Part shown: positions 17,711-33,510 of the stretch, one piece after another
Layout: each line of letters begins with the position of its first letter
Position numbering within the stretch: the first letter of the stretch is position 1
NCBI GenBank assembly: GCA_965140785.1
Contig: OZ223496.1
Location: forward strand, 143,947-207,946
Origin: an uncultured Ruficoccus sp.
Lineage (GTDB): Bacteria > Verrucomicrobiota > Verrucomicrobiia > Opitutales > Cerasicoccaceae
Reading direction: 5' to 3'
DNA: 64,000 nucleotides
Translations under genes and position numbers: made by a program
The notes under the pieces: model-generated
Database searches by the model: none
Seen by the model: only the letters and a program-made list of their open reading frames with translations
What the model was told of the DNA's origin: nothing

Positions 17711-19837
17711 CTACAGCGAAGAACGCTCCAGCCGCCAACACCCCTCATCCTCGCTGATGCGGGTGATCTGGCCCAGGTGGGATTCGGTCACGCTGAAAGC
17801 CGCGCCGTCCGCTTCCACCTTCAGCTTCCAGTGCCGGGCGGCTCCCGGAGCCTCGACCACCGCCGCGTAGCCCTCCTCCTGATGCAAATGCCAGCCAGCG
17901 ACGCTTCCCGGATCATCCAGGCAGATGGCGTGCACGGCAGTGAAGCTCTCCCGCGCCTGCGACTCCTGCCAACGCGCCAGCAGTCCGCTACCGGGCTTGC
18001 CTTCGCCAAGGTGCGCAGGCAGCGGATGATAGGCGTCGTGCAGGTAGCCGTAGAGCGGCCCATTGAGTTGTCCCGAGCCAAGGTGAAAGAGCTTCATCCC
18101 GGCATGGCCACGGCGGGCGACCAGCCGATCCGGCGGCACGAGCTTGAGGTCAAGCCGCCCGTCCCGGTTATTGAGCAGCCACGACCAACTGGGCGTGACC
18201 GGTTCATCGGCGCGGATGCGGTCGATCACGAAAAGCACATGACTCCCGCCCAGCAGCCAGAAGCGCGAAAACTCCCGTAGCGGCTCCCCGTAGGCAGCCG
18301 ATGCTTCGCTACCAATAACGGATATCTCCCCGCTGCGTTCGGCCAGCAGCCGACGGGCTCCACGGTCCACCGGCTCGCCATTGCCGCCTTCGGTGTCCAT
18401 CTTACGGCGCGGAGGCGTGTGCTGCTGCAGGAGCACCCCGGAGGAGGCCACGGTGAAGCAGCAGGTGTTGTGGGTCAGCGTCGAGATATCGATCCCGTGG
18501 ATCAGGTTGCGGTAGCAGCTGTGGCCGGGATCGACGAGAAGACGTTCCTCATTATGCGTAAGGATAAAGCTGTTCAGGTCCCCGTGAAGGTGCGCCACGG
18601 CGTGCAGCGGCTCACCGCCGCCCCGCACGGCCAGCACGGTGCGTCCGCCCCACTCGTCGCGGGCCAGTACATCCCCGCAACTGAAGTGCTCCAGCGGTCC
18701 CAACCCCGCCTCCTCCGGCGTAATCGCCCCGGCAGCCTGAGCCAGCAGGGGCAGCGTCAGAAAGCCAAAGTCATTGACGAAGCCGAAGCTCGCGAGGTCC
18801 TGCGGCTGGCGCTCGTAACAGGGCACATAAAACCGGTCAAAAAGCCAACGGGCCAGCCCGGCCTCGACCGGCAGCTTTTCCCGGCCCCGCACGGCGATGT
18901 GCAGCAAATTGTCCGCCGAGGCGCGGTAGAGGGCTGCGCTGTCATTAAAGTTCACACTGCGCGGCCAGTCGCGGCCGTCCCAGCCGCTCAGAGGGCGCGA
19001 GTAGAGGTACGAGACCGCATCCCAGCGCGGCTTGCGCGCATAGGGCTCGATCGGCAGTTCCCCGTCAAGCTCGGGCCACCGCCGTACCAGTGCCTCGCGC
19101 GCATACACCAGCCCGGTCATCGCGTAGTTACCGTACTGGAGAGATTCACCATACGAGCCGTCCGGTTGAAAAAGATCCACGCAACGCTTGAACTCCGCCA
19201 CCGCGAACGCCATCGCATCCCCGTCGTCAAGCACCGCTGCCGGCACCGCCAGTCCGCCCGTCAGGATGCAGCGCCAGTTCGACAGGCCTCGGGTGGTCTC
19301 CAGCCAGTTGCGGCATAGCATCATGCCTTTTTCCCGGAGCGCTTGCACAATCTCGCCGCGCTCGCCGTCGGTGAAAACGCCCGGTGCCAAGTCCAGCACA
19401 ACGGCCAGCGCCCAGCTCAGATGCGCCGTCTCCAAGTGCCCCTTCGGCGGGTTTACCACATGATCCCGGAAGGGCGGACCGATCCAGTCTTTAAGCGGAC
19501 GCCGGGCCACGGCCAGCGTTGTCTCCCGCAGCCAGCCGGCCAATTGCGCATCCGCCTTGAGCGCATGGGCCATGGCCGCGTCAGTCAGGTACTCCGAGGC
19601 GCAGTGCCACCACTCGCATGTGGTCTGCTCATCCCCCAAGCCAGGCGAGGAAGCCCGCCGCGAGGTGCGGTTAAGCAGCGTCCAGAAAAAGCCGTTGAGA
19701 GGGCTGGTCCGCTGACCGGTGGCCAACAGTTGCCGCTCGTTTTCGCTCAAAAACAGAGGTTGCTCCGAAACGGGAGCGAGGGAAGGATGCCCGGCAGAAG
19801 CTGCCGGGGCGCTGGGGGTTAAAGCGGAGTCAGCCAT
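17711..19837 (-). CDS. Heparinase II/III-like polysaccharide lyase family protein
   Basis: DGSYGESLQYGNY, NFND and HLHGDLNSFIL...LVDPG...HNT motifs. Confidence 0.8.
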   Translation of the reverse strand: MADSALTPSAPAASAGHPSLAPVSEQPLFLSENERQLLATGQRTSPLNGFFWTLLNRTSRRASSPGLGDEQTTCEWWHCASEYLTDAAMAHALKADAQLAGWLRETTLAVARRPLKDWIGPPFRDHVVNPPKGHLETAHLSWALAVVLDLAPGVFTDGERGEIVQALREKGMMLCRNWLETTRGLSNWRCILTGGLAVPAAVLDDGDAMAFAVAEFKRCVDLFQPDGSYGESLQYGNYAMTGLVYAREALVRRWPELDGELPIEPYARKPRWDAVSYLYSRPLSGWDGRDWPRSVNFNDSAALYRASADNLLHIAVRGREKLPVEAGLARWLFDRFYVPCYERQPQDLASFGFVNDFGFLTLPLLAQAAGAITPEEAGLGPLEHFSCGDVLARDEWGGRTVLAVRGGGEPLHAVAHLHGDLNSFILTHNEERLLVDPGHSCYRNLIHGIDISTLTHNTCCFTVASSGVLLQQHTPPRRKMDTEGGNGEPVDRGARRLLAERSGEISVIGSEASAAYGEPLREFSRFWLLGGSHVLFVIDRIRADEPVTPSWSWLLNNRDGRLDLKLVPPDRLVARRGHAGMKLFHLGSGQLNGPLYGYLHDAYHPLPAHLGEGKPGSGLLARWQESQARESFTAVHAICLDDPGSVAGWHLHQEEGYAAVVEAPGAARHWKLKVEADGAAFSVTESHLGQITRISEDEGCWRLERSSL

Positions 19838-19921
19838 AGGAAAATCGATTCCACCGATTTAATCACAAAAGCGCCGCCCGCGTCTATAGCCCGGGATGAC
19901 ATCGCTTTAACTATATTGACA

Positions 19922-20982
19922 TTACCCCGTTGCGTAACCGGGCAATTGAGCGATCTGTCGGCGACACGGCAACGAGGCCAGCGTGTCCAGAAAAAGCCCC
20001 ACCCGTGGGTCGCTACGCAGGTCGCGCGGCAGCACAAGGTCGAAGTGCCCCTCCAGCAGCGGCACAAAGTCCAAGCCCGTAGGAACGCGCCACCGCCCGC
20101 AGGCCCAGCGCGGCGTCCACGACCCCGGCGTTCACCAGTTGCGCACCCGCCGCGTGGCTGTGCACCGTCAAGGGCAGCGCCGGAGGCAGTTCCGAGCCCT
20201 GATCCCTCAACAGCATCTCTATCATGCTGTGATGGGCCGAGCCGGGCTCCCGGTTGGCGAAACGCACATCCGCTCGCAAAAAGATCCTCAACGCGGCGGA
20301 TGCTTTTCGGATTTCCAGCCGCCACCATGATCCCCTGCTCCCAGGAGGCGAACGGGATCAGGTCGTACTCGAAAGGTAGCCCAAAAGCCCGCACCCTCTC
20401 CGTGTTGAGCGAGCCGCTCTCGTCGGAGTAGTGCACCCCGGCCAGATGACACTGCCCGGCGGCCAGCCGCCGCAGCCCGTCCGTGCTGGAGACATTGCGC
20501 CACAGTGCACGCACCGCCCCCTGGCTCTCCCGTTCGGCCATACGCGCAGCGATGGCCAGCCCCGGGTCGCAACCGCAGATCACGACCGAATCCGGCAGCT
20601 TGCTCAGCGGCTGCATGGGCTGAATCTGGAGCACACCGTCCGCCTGCTCGACGACACCGTCGGCCAAGTCGAAACTCCCCGCCGCGTCACATGGGATCGC
20701 GTACCACTGATCGCGCACGCGGGCCAGTTGGCAGCGCCCCTCCACCAACCCCGGCCAGGCCTGTACCGGCCACTCCTCCGGCAGCGGGAAAAGCTCCTCC
20801 ACCGAACACGTCAAGGCCCGGGCCAGCCGCAGGGCAACCTCGATCCCCGGCTTGGACCGCCCGCTCTCCACCGCATGGATCAACTGCCGCGACAATCCCG
20901 CCTGCCGGGCCAGGTCCGACTGCGACCAGCCCAGCTCCTTGCGGAATCTTTGTATAAAATTGCTGACCAAGAAAGTGTCCAC
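19922..20982 (-). CDS. XRE HTH plus PBP-like (molybdate-binding-type) transcriptional regulator (two frameshifts)
   Basis: WSQSDLARQAGLSRQ HTH, GCDPGL, FANREPGS and an LPGY terminus, spread across three frames. Confidence 0.8.
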
Positions 20983-21388
20983 AACGGCGACGATGAGAGT
21001 TTTTTGGAGGATAAAAGTAATTGCCTGGCCAGAAGCAGAAAATGCCCCCACAGGCCTGACAAAAATATAATACATCCCAGTCCCAGCAGAAGCCAAGCCA
21101 AACCGCGTCCAGACGCTCCGCCCTCGTTCAGCCCATGCGGACACAAAGCCGCCGCGTGAGCGCCACCTCCCGACGCACAATGCGGTTCCCCGAGCAAAAA
21201 GCACACCTGTTTTCAGGGGAAATAAGAGCGCATCAATGCGCAGCCCCCAGGCGCAAACCTATCCTGCCACCCCAGGCAGCGCAGAGAACGGGGGCCTTCG
21301 CTACAAAAGTAGCGTGGTTGTGGGTCAGTGTGCTGGCCCCCGCTCCCTGCGCGGCCCGGAGCCGCGTAGTGGAATTTAACTACGAGTT

Positions 21389-22844
21389 CTAATTCATCGC
21401 CACGTCGGACTCACTGCCGTCGGGCTCTTCCAGCGGCTGCCAGCCGCCGCCGAGCACGGCGTAGAGCTTCACCTGATTGGTCAGGCGGGTCAGTTCCATC
21501 GAGACGAGTTCGAGCTGGGCGGCGTAAAGTTCACGCTCCGAGTCGAGCACGCTTCAGGTAGCTGTCGAGCCCGCGCACGTAGCGCAAATCGGAAAGACGG
21601 TTGACCTCCGACTCGGACTGCACAAACTCCCGCTGCGCCGTCAACTGCTGGAGGATGGTCCCGCGCACCGCCAGGGTGTCCGCCACTTCGCGAAAGCTTT
21701 CCTGAATGACCTGCTCGTACTCGGCCACGGCGATTTCCTTGTCCGTCTCGCTGACGCGGGCTGCCGCCCACGTGCGCGGGTCGAAGATCGGCATCGTGAT
21801 CTGCGCCCCGTACATCCACATGCCCTGCCCCGACTTGAACAGCCCGGAGAGGTCGCTGCTGGCCGTCCCCGCCGCGGCGGTCAGCGAGATGCGCGGAAAG
21901 AATGCCGCCCGGGCCGCGCCGATGTTCGCGTTGGCCGCCATGAGCTTGTGTTCGGCCTCCATGATGTCCGGGCGGTTCAGCAGCACGAGCGAGGAGATGC
22001 CCGCCGAGATGGGAGCGGGCGGTTCCACCGATGCAAGATCGCCGGGCAGCAAATCGTCCGGCACAGTCGTTCCCGCCAGCAGGTTGAGCGCGTTCGTATC
22101 GATCGCGATCAGTTGGATAAAGGTGACGAGCGAAACCTGCGCGGCATCCACCTGCGCCTGCGCCCGGTGCACATCGAGCGACGGGCTCAGCCCGCGGTCG
22201 AAGCGGCGCTTGACCAGGTCGAGCGCGTCCGCGCGGGTTTTCAGGGTGGTCTTGGCCAGCTCCAGCCGCGCCTGATCGGCGGCCAGGGTCAGGTAAGTGG
22301 TGGCCACCTGCGAGATCAACATCGTCTGCACGCTACGGCTGGCCTGAGCACTGGCAAAATACTCCTGCAAGGCCGCGTCGGACATGCTGCGGATGCGCCC
22401 GAACAGATCCAGCTCCCACGAGGCGAAGCCCATGTCCACGCTGTATTGAGAAGCTGTGGCAGGCGTCGCCGAGTAGGACAGGTCCCCCGGCGTGCGGGCA
22501 CGCTGGGCGCTGGCCCCGGCGTTGACGGTTGGCAGCAGCCTGGAACGCTCGATATTGTACATATCGCGCATACGCTGGACGTTCAGCGTAGCCACGCGCA
22601 GGTCGCGGTTGTTCTCCAGGGTCAAGGCGACGACGGCGCGCAACTTCTCGTCGGTATAGAAATCCTGCCAGGGCAAGTGACCGGCGGCGGGCGCATCGGA
22701 CACGGCGTCGTCGAGCGTGTAGGCATCCCCTTCCGGAAAATCGACCGGGATGGGCGCGGGCGGACGCTCGTAGTCGGGAGCCATACTGCACCCGGCCAGA
22801 AGCGCGGAAGCGCAGGTCAGAAGAAAATAGACGTGCTTGTTCAT
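21389..22844 (-). CDS. RND efflux outer membrane factor lipoprotein (OprM/NodT family; frameshift near 21553)
   Basis: Lipobox LAG-C, WELDLFG, RPDIMEAE and NIGAARAAFFP; ends LYAVLGGGW in the shifted frame. Confidence 0.92.
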
Positions 22845-22863
22845 GGAACTGAGCGTTGCGGAC

Positions 22864-25800
22864 TTAGGAGGTGGCCTGCCGGTTGCGGGCGGCCTGTTCC
22901 CGCTTCTTCTTGCTGAAGAGCCGTCCGGTTCTTTCGATTAAAACGTAAAACAGCGGCGCGAAGATCGTGACGAGGAAGGTTGAGGTGACCACGCCCCCGA
23001 GCACGCTCGTACCGATCGCCTTTTGCGCCCCGGCCCCGGCCCCGGTCGCCATGGCCAGCGGCAGCACGCCGAAACCGAACGCAAGCGAAGTCATCAGGAT
23101 CGGACGCAGCCGCAGCTTGGCCGCCTCCAGCGTGGCATCGAGCACGCGCATGCCCTCGTCCATCCGCTGCTTGGCGAACTGCACGATGAGGATGGCGTTT
23201 TTCGTCGTCAGCCCGAGCGTAGTCAGCAGGCCGATCTGGAAATACACGTCGTTGGGCAGACCGCGCATGGACGAGGCGATGACACCCCCAATCACCCCCA
23301 ACGGCAGGGCCAGCAGGACGGAGATCGGGATGGTCCAGCTCTCATAGAGCGCGGCCAGACACAGGAAGATAACGAGGATGGAAAAGGCGTACAGCGGCGC
23401 GGTCTGCGAACCGGCCTGCCGCTCCTGATAGGAGAGCCCGTTCCAGTCGAAGCCGATGCCCTCGGGCAGCTTTTCGACGAAGCTCTCCATCGTGGCCATG
23501 GCCTGCCCAGAGCTGACGCCCGCCGCCGGTTCGCCCAAAATGTTGATCGAGGGAAAAGCGTTATAACGCTCGAGCTTCGGCGAACCGTAGGACCAGTGCC
23601 CGGTGGCAAAGGATGAGAACGGCACCATCCGCCCCTCCAGATTGCGCACGTAAAGCTTGTCGAGGTCCTCGGGCTGCATCCGGTAGGGAGCATCGGCCTG
23701 CACATACACGCGCTTGACGCGCCGGCCTGAATGAAGTCGTTCACGTACGCGCTGCCGAAGCTGGCCGAGATGGTGTTGTGGATGGCCTCGATCGGCACCC
23801 CGAGCGAACCGGCCTTTTCCCAGTCCACGTCGATGCGGTACTCGGGCACGTCTTCGAGACCGTTGGGACGGACCTTGATCAGCGTGGGGTCCTGCGCCGC
23901 CATGCCGAGTAGCTGGTTGCGCGCTTCCATCAGCTTCTCGTGGCCGAGACCGCCGCGGTCGAGCAGCTCGAAGTCAAAGCCCTTGGCGTGCCCCAATTCG
24001 AGCACTGCCGGCGGCGGAAAGGCGAACACGAGCCCGTTGCGAATCGTGGAAAAATGCGCCATCGCGCGGGCCGCCACGGAGTTCACGTCCAATCCCTCAC
24101 CCTGACGTTCGTCCCAGTCGCGCAGCTTAACAAAGCCCAGGCCGGAGTTCTGCCCGCGTCCGGAAAAGCTCGTCCCGGAGATCGCCATGACGGACTCGAC
24201 CGCATCAGCTTCCTCCTCCGTGAAGTAGCGCGAAACCTCGCGCATGATTTCCCGCGTCTGCTCCAGCGTGGAGTTCCCCGGCAGCATGGTCTGCACCATG
24301 AGCACCCCCTGGTCCTCGTTGGGCAGGTAGGCGGTCGGCATACGCATGAACAGGTAGCCCATGCCCACGGCGATAAGGATAAAGGCCGCGAGGTAGCGCA
24401 GCTGCTTGGCCAGCGCCTGGCCGACCACACGCAGGTAAAAATCGCGCGCACGGAAGAACATCCGGTCGAACCAGACGAAGAACGGACGGAACAGCTTGAA
24501 GCCCGACTCGGCGGCCTCGTGGCCCTTTTCCACCGGCTTGAGCAGCGTGGCACAGAGCACTGGCGTGAGCACGAGCGCGACCACCACCGACAACATCATG
24601 GCCGCGATGATCGTGACCGAGAACTGCCGATAGATGACCCCCGTCGAACCGGCGAAAAATGCCATCGGCCCAAACACCGCCGAGAGCACCAGGCCGATCC
24701 CGATCAGCGCCGGGGTGATCTCGTCCATCGACTTGCGGGTGGCCTCGAAGGGCTTCAGCCCCTCCTCGGTCATGATACGCTCGACGTTTTCAACGACCAC
24801 GATGGCGTCGTCCACCAGCAGACCGATGGCCAGCACCATGGCGAACATGGTCAGCATGTTGATCGAGAAACCAAAGAGCCCGAGCACCGCGAAGGTCCCC
24901 AGGATAACCACCGGCACGGCGATAGTCGGGATCAGCGTCGCGCGGATATTCCCCATGAACAGGTACATGACCAGGAACACCAGAACGATGGCCTCGAAGA
25001 GCGTGTGAACCACCCCCTCGATAGCGACCTCGACGAACGGTGTCGTGTCGTACGGATACACGACCTTCATCCCGCTGGGGAAGTACTGGCTCATCTCGTC
25101 CAGGCGGGTGCGAATATTCTTCGCCGTCTCCAGCGCGTTCGCGCCGGAAGCCTGGCGCACCGCCAGGGCGGCGGCGGGCACGCCGTTGTACTCGTTCTCG
25201 ACGTCGTACGACTCCGCGCCCAGCTCGGTCCGTGCCACGTCCTTGACGCGCACGATGGAGCCGTCCGGGTTGATCCGCAGCGGGATTTCAGCGAACTCCT
25301 CGGGCGTCTTCAGCAGGCTCTGTACGACGATGGCAGCGTTGAGCCGCTGCCCTTCAACAGCTGGGGCGGCCCCGAACTGACCGGCCGAGATCTCGACGTT
25401 GTAGGCCTGCAAACCGTTTATCACGTCCTGCACCGTCATCTGATACTCGGTCAGCCGGTCGGGGCTCACCCAAATTCTCATGGAGTACTGCGTACCGAAG
25501 ACCTCGACCTCGCCGACGCCGGGCACGCGCGAGAGCACCTTCTCCAGGTTCGACTGCGCGTAGTCGCGCAGGCCGTTACCGTCCATGCTGCCGTCCTCGG
25601 AGATGAGGCCGACGATCATGAGGTAATTGCGTGTGGACTTGCTCACGCGCACGCCCTGACGCTGCACCACCTCGGGAAGACTGGCCATGGCGAGCTGGAG
25701 CTTGTTCTGCACCTGCGACCACGCCATGTCCGGGTCCACCCCGGGCGCGAAGGTCAGCTCGATACGCGAACTGCCGGAGGAGTCGCTGGTGGCGCTCATG

Positions 25801-26033
25801 TACAGCAGTTGGTCGAAGCCGGTCATCTTCTGCTCGATGATCTGGGTCACGCTGTTCTCCACCGTCTCAGCCGAGGCTCCCGGATAAAAGGCCGTGATGG
25901 CGATCGAGGGCGGCGCGATCGGCGGGTACTGCGAGACCGGCAGCGTGTAGATGGCCAGCAGGCCTGCCACCATCAGGATGATGGCGATGACCCAGGCAAA
26001 AACCGGACGGACTAGAAAGAATCTCGATAACAT
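22864..26033 (-). CDS. acrB: RND efflux permease, AcrB/MexB family (frameshift near 23722)
   Basis: MLSRFFLVRPVFAWVIAI, GLLVDDAIVVVENV, KNAILIV and LRLRPILMTS. Confidence 0.93.
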
Positions 26034-26115
26034 GTCGGCACTTGGTGGTTGGGGCCGTGACGCGGGAACGCGCTTCGGCTCACAGGCAAATTACTTGGCG
26101 TCTGAGGCGAGAGGA

Positions 26116-27354
26116 TCAGTTCCCCTTTTGCGCTTGCGCGCCAGCCGGGGCCGGTGCGGTGGTGGGACCGGCCTCGGGGTCGAAGGCCACGGCCTTGACC
26201 TGGGCGCCGGGGCGGACTTTCTGCGAGCCCTCGACAATCACCCGGTCCCCGGCCTCCAGGCCGGAGGTGACGAGCCAGCGCCCCTCAATCGAGCGGTCGA
26301 TCTGGAGCACCCGCTGCTGCACGGTGCCGGACTCGTCAACGATCAGCGTGATCGCCTCGCCCTTGGGGTTACGCGAAACCCCCTGCTGCGTGAGCAGGAT
26401 GGCCTGGTCGTTGACGCCTTCCTTGACCTCGACACGCACATACATCCCCGGCAGCAACAAACCCTCGGGATTGGGAAAAACCATCCGCAGGATAACGGAC
26501 CCGGTGGTGGGATCAACCGTCACCTCCTGAAACTGCACCGCCCCCTTCTCGGGATAACGCGTGCCGTCCTCGAAAATCAGCTCCGCCTCGTTGACCGTGT
26601 CGTTGTCGCGGTTGAGGTGACCGCCGGCCAGACGGCGCTTGAGCGCCAGCAGTTCGCTGGTGGACTGCGGTACGTCCACGTAGATCGGGTCGAGTTGCTG
26701 AATCGTGGCCAGCGCCTGCGCCTGATAGGCGGTTACGATCGCCCCGTCCGTCACCGTGGAGCGCCCGATGCGGCCCGAAATTGGAGCCTTGATTTTAGTA
26801 TAGTCCAAATTGATCTGTGCGGTCTGGAGCGCGGCCTGCGCCTGCTCCACCGCAGCCTGCGCCGCAGCCAGAGTGGCCAGGGCCACATCGAGGTCCGTCG
26901 AGGCCTGGTCCCGCTCGGAGGCCGCCACTGCCTTTTCCTCATAAAGCGCACCGTAGCGCTCTTCGTTGATTTTGGCCAGGGAGAGGGAAGCCTGCGTCTG
27001 TTCGACTCTCTTTTCGGCCGCTGCCAGGTTCGCCTTCGCGCTGGCCACCTCCGCCTCGAAGGGTGCCGCGTCGATCTGGTAAAGCACCTCGCCCGCCTCC
27101 ACCTCGGCCCCTTCGGTGAAGAGACGCTTCTGGAGCAATCCGCTGACCTGCGGACGGATTTCGGCCACCCGGAAGCTGGCCGTCCGGCCCGGCAGCTCGG
27201 TCTTCAACACCGCCGACTCGGACTCGACCGTCACTGTCGTGACCAAGGGCTTACCAGGAGCCGGAGCCGCCTTCTGACCGCCGCCGCAACCGGCCAGCAG
27301 GCCGCACAAAGCGAGCGCACCCGAGGGAATTAAATACTTGGCTGATATCTTCAT
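26116..27354 (-). CDS. acrA: RND periplasmic adaptor (AcrA/MexA family) lipoprotein
   Basis: Lipobox LAG-C, AEIRPQVSG, APISGRIG and LLPGMYV. Confidence 0.92.
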   Translation of the reverse strand: MKISAKYLIPSGALALCGLLAGCGGGQKAAPAPGKPLVTTVTVESESAVLKTELPGRTASFRVAEIRPQVSGLLQKRLFTEGAEVEAGEVLYQIDAAPFEAEVASAKANLAAAEKRVEQTQASLSLAKINEERYGALYEEKAVAASERDQASTDLDVALATLAAAQAAVEQAQAALQTAQINLDYTKIKAPISGRIGRSTVTDGAIVTAYQAQALATIQQLDPIYVDVPQSTSELLALKRRLAGGHLNRDNDTVNEAELIFEDGTRYPEKGAVQFQEVTVDPTTGSVILRMVFPNPEGLLLPGMYVRVEVKEGVNDQAILLTQQGVSRNPKGEAITLIVDESGTVQQRVLQIDRSIEGRWLVTSGLEAGDRVIVEGSQKVRPGAQVKAVAFDPEAGPTTAPAPAGAQAQKGN

Positions 27355-27591
27355 GACTGACGAAAAAGGCTGATCGCAAATACGCCCACCGGAATGATGA
27401 CCCGGCGGCGAAAAACCCAGGCCGACTTGCCCCGGGCGCTTGCACCATCTATTATTCAAACACAAATTTCATTAATAGCTTGCGCTGTCAAGCGATTAAC
27501 CTTAACTTTATTTGAATAATCGCTAAAAAAAACCTTAGACATGCCGCCGGTTTCCGATAACTGAAGGGGATACCCCTTACTTTTCCCATCT

Positions 27592-28257
27592 GTGCCCAAC
27601 GTCAAAAATAACGCCTCCGCCCAGGAAACCTGTCGCAAGCTGCTCGAAGCTGCCGGTGAGGTTTTCGCCGAACGCGGCCTCCATGCCGCCACCATCAAGG
27701 AGATCACCACCCGGGCGGGCGTGAACGGGGCGGCCATCAACTACCACTTCAGCGACAAGTTCGAGCTCTACGCCGCCGTCATCCGCTACGCCGTGGGCAA
27801 CAAGCCCTGCGTCACCCAGCTCTCCCCCGAAGACGCCACCCCGGAGGAACGCCTGCGCGACCACATCGCGATGCAGATCGACGACATGTACTCGCGCAAC
27901 CGTCCGACCTGGCATGCCACGCTCATTGCCCACGAACTGGCCCAGCCGACCGACGCGCTCAAGGCCGTCATGGACGAGCTCATCCGTCCCCGTATCACCC
28001 TGAGCACCGCTATCATCGCCGACATCCTCGGCCCCGGTGCCACGGAGAAAGAAATCACCTACTCCAGCATGAGCATCGGCGGCCAGTGTTTTCTCTACAC
28101 CTATCATCAGGAATTGATCAAGTACGCCTACCCCAAGCTGGCCAAATGCCACAACCGCGACGAGATCATCGACCACATCACCTTTTTCTCCCTCTCCGCG
28201 CTTCAGGCCATGCGCGAGAAGATCCGCGCCCGCGAGCGGGCAGAGGCCAGCCAGTAG
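27592..28257 (+). CDS. TetR-family regulator (CecR/YbiH-like), divergent from the efflux operon
   Basis: LLEAAGEVFAERGLHAATIKEITTRAGVNGAAINYHF HTH. Confidence 0.9.
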   Translation: MPNVKNNASAQETCRKLLEAAGEVFAERGLHAATIKEITTRAGVNGAAINYHFSDKFELYAAVIRYAVGNKPCVTQLSPEDATPEERLRDHIAMQIDDMYSRNRPTWHATLIAHELAQPTDALKAVMDELIRPRITLSTAIIADILGPGATEKEITYSSMSIGGQCFLYTYHQELIKYAYPKLAKCHNRDEIIDHITFFSLSALQAMREKIRARERAEASQ

Positions 28258-28427
28258 GCCGCCCCCAGGATCCGCCGGTGCTTCTTCCGGCAACGGGCTG
28301 GGCATCCCTCAGCCGCGCTCAACCGAGTGAGCAGCTTTTCCGGACCGGGCCTTGACCCGAACCGCGCAAGCGGGCTGAATAGACGACAACCACGCGTTAA
28401 CGCCTTCGCCCCGCACACACTTTTCAA

Positions 28428-29264
28428 ATGAAAGACAAACTCGCCCACCTCAACGAAACCTCCCCCCTGCGCTGGTGCTTCTCCAGCATGGGCTGCGCCG
28501 AACTGAGCCTGCCCGACATAGCCGCCCTGGCCGAATCCGCCGGCATCAGCCGCGTCGAACTGCGCGCCGTCGGCGGTAAGATTGACATCCCCGCTCTGGC
28601 CGCCGAGGAAAAATGGCTCGACCAGGATCCGCAAACGCTGCTCGGCGGGCATCCCGTCGAGGTCGTCGCTTTCAACACCTCCGCCTGGCTCTCCAAACCC
28701 TTCGCCGAGTGCCTGGAGGAAATTCAGAGCTTTGCCCCGCTGGTGAAACACTTCGGCGCGCACTCGCTGCGGGCGTTCGACGGCGCACTCGACCTGCAAG
28801 CCGATCCCGACAGCGCCTGGCGCTGGCTCGACGAATGGGAAAAAGTCCGCGCCGCCCATGGCTGGGACTTTACCCTCTCCATCGAGACGCACGACTCGCT
28901 CTTCACCGCCGAAGAGGTCGAGAAGTTATTTTCCAAAGGCCACGAGCACATCAGCCTGCTGTGGGACTCGCACCACACCTGGCGCAAAAAGGGTCTGGAC
29001 CCGCTCGAAAGCTGGGCCACGCTCAAGCCCTGGACCTCCCACATCCACATCAAGGACAGCCTCTCCATCCCCAGCGCCAAGCTGCCCTACACCTACACCG
29101 AGCCGGGCCGGGGAGAATTCCAGCTGCGCGCCCTCCTCCATCAACTCGAAGCCGACGGCTTCACCGGCCCGGTCAGCCTGGAGTGGGAAAAACTCTGGCA
29201 CCCGGAGATGGCCCCGCTCGATCAGGCCCTGCGCGCCCTCGGCGAGACCGTAAGCGCAGGGTGA
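28428..29264 (+). CDS. Sugar phosphate isomerase/epimerase (xylose isomerase-like TIM barrel)
   Basis: Metal-ligand motifs IETHD, WDSHH, HIHIKD and SLEWE. Confidence 0.85.
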   Translation: MKDKLAHLNETSPLRWCFSSMGCAELSLPDIAALAESAGISRVELRAVGGKIDIPALAAEEKWLDQDPQTLLGGHPVEVVAFNTSAWLSKPFAECLEEIQSFAPLVKHFGAHSLRAFDGALDLQADPDSAWRWLDEWEKVRAAHGWDFTLSIETHDSLFTAEEVEKLFSKGHEHISLLWDSHHTWRKKGLDPLESWATLKPWTSHIHIKDSLSIPSAKLPYTYTEPGRGEFQLRALLHQLEADGFTGPVSLEWEKLWHPEMAPLDQALRALGETVSAG

Positions 29265-29379
29265 GCGTATCCTCGCTACACCCCTCCGAGCCTTCAGCCA
29301 CCAGCAACCGAATCCACCCGGTTGTATGAGAAGCGGGCAAGGGTAAGATTCGGAATAAGCTTTGCCCGGCTCCCATGCC

Positions 29380-33431
<4,052 letters not shown>

Positions 33432-33510
33432 GTGGCTGGCGGCTGGCCGGTCAAAAAATGACAGACGCCCGCCCAGAATGCTGTCGCCAGTCTTTCGGGA
33501 ACGCTCTTTA

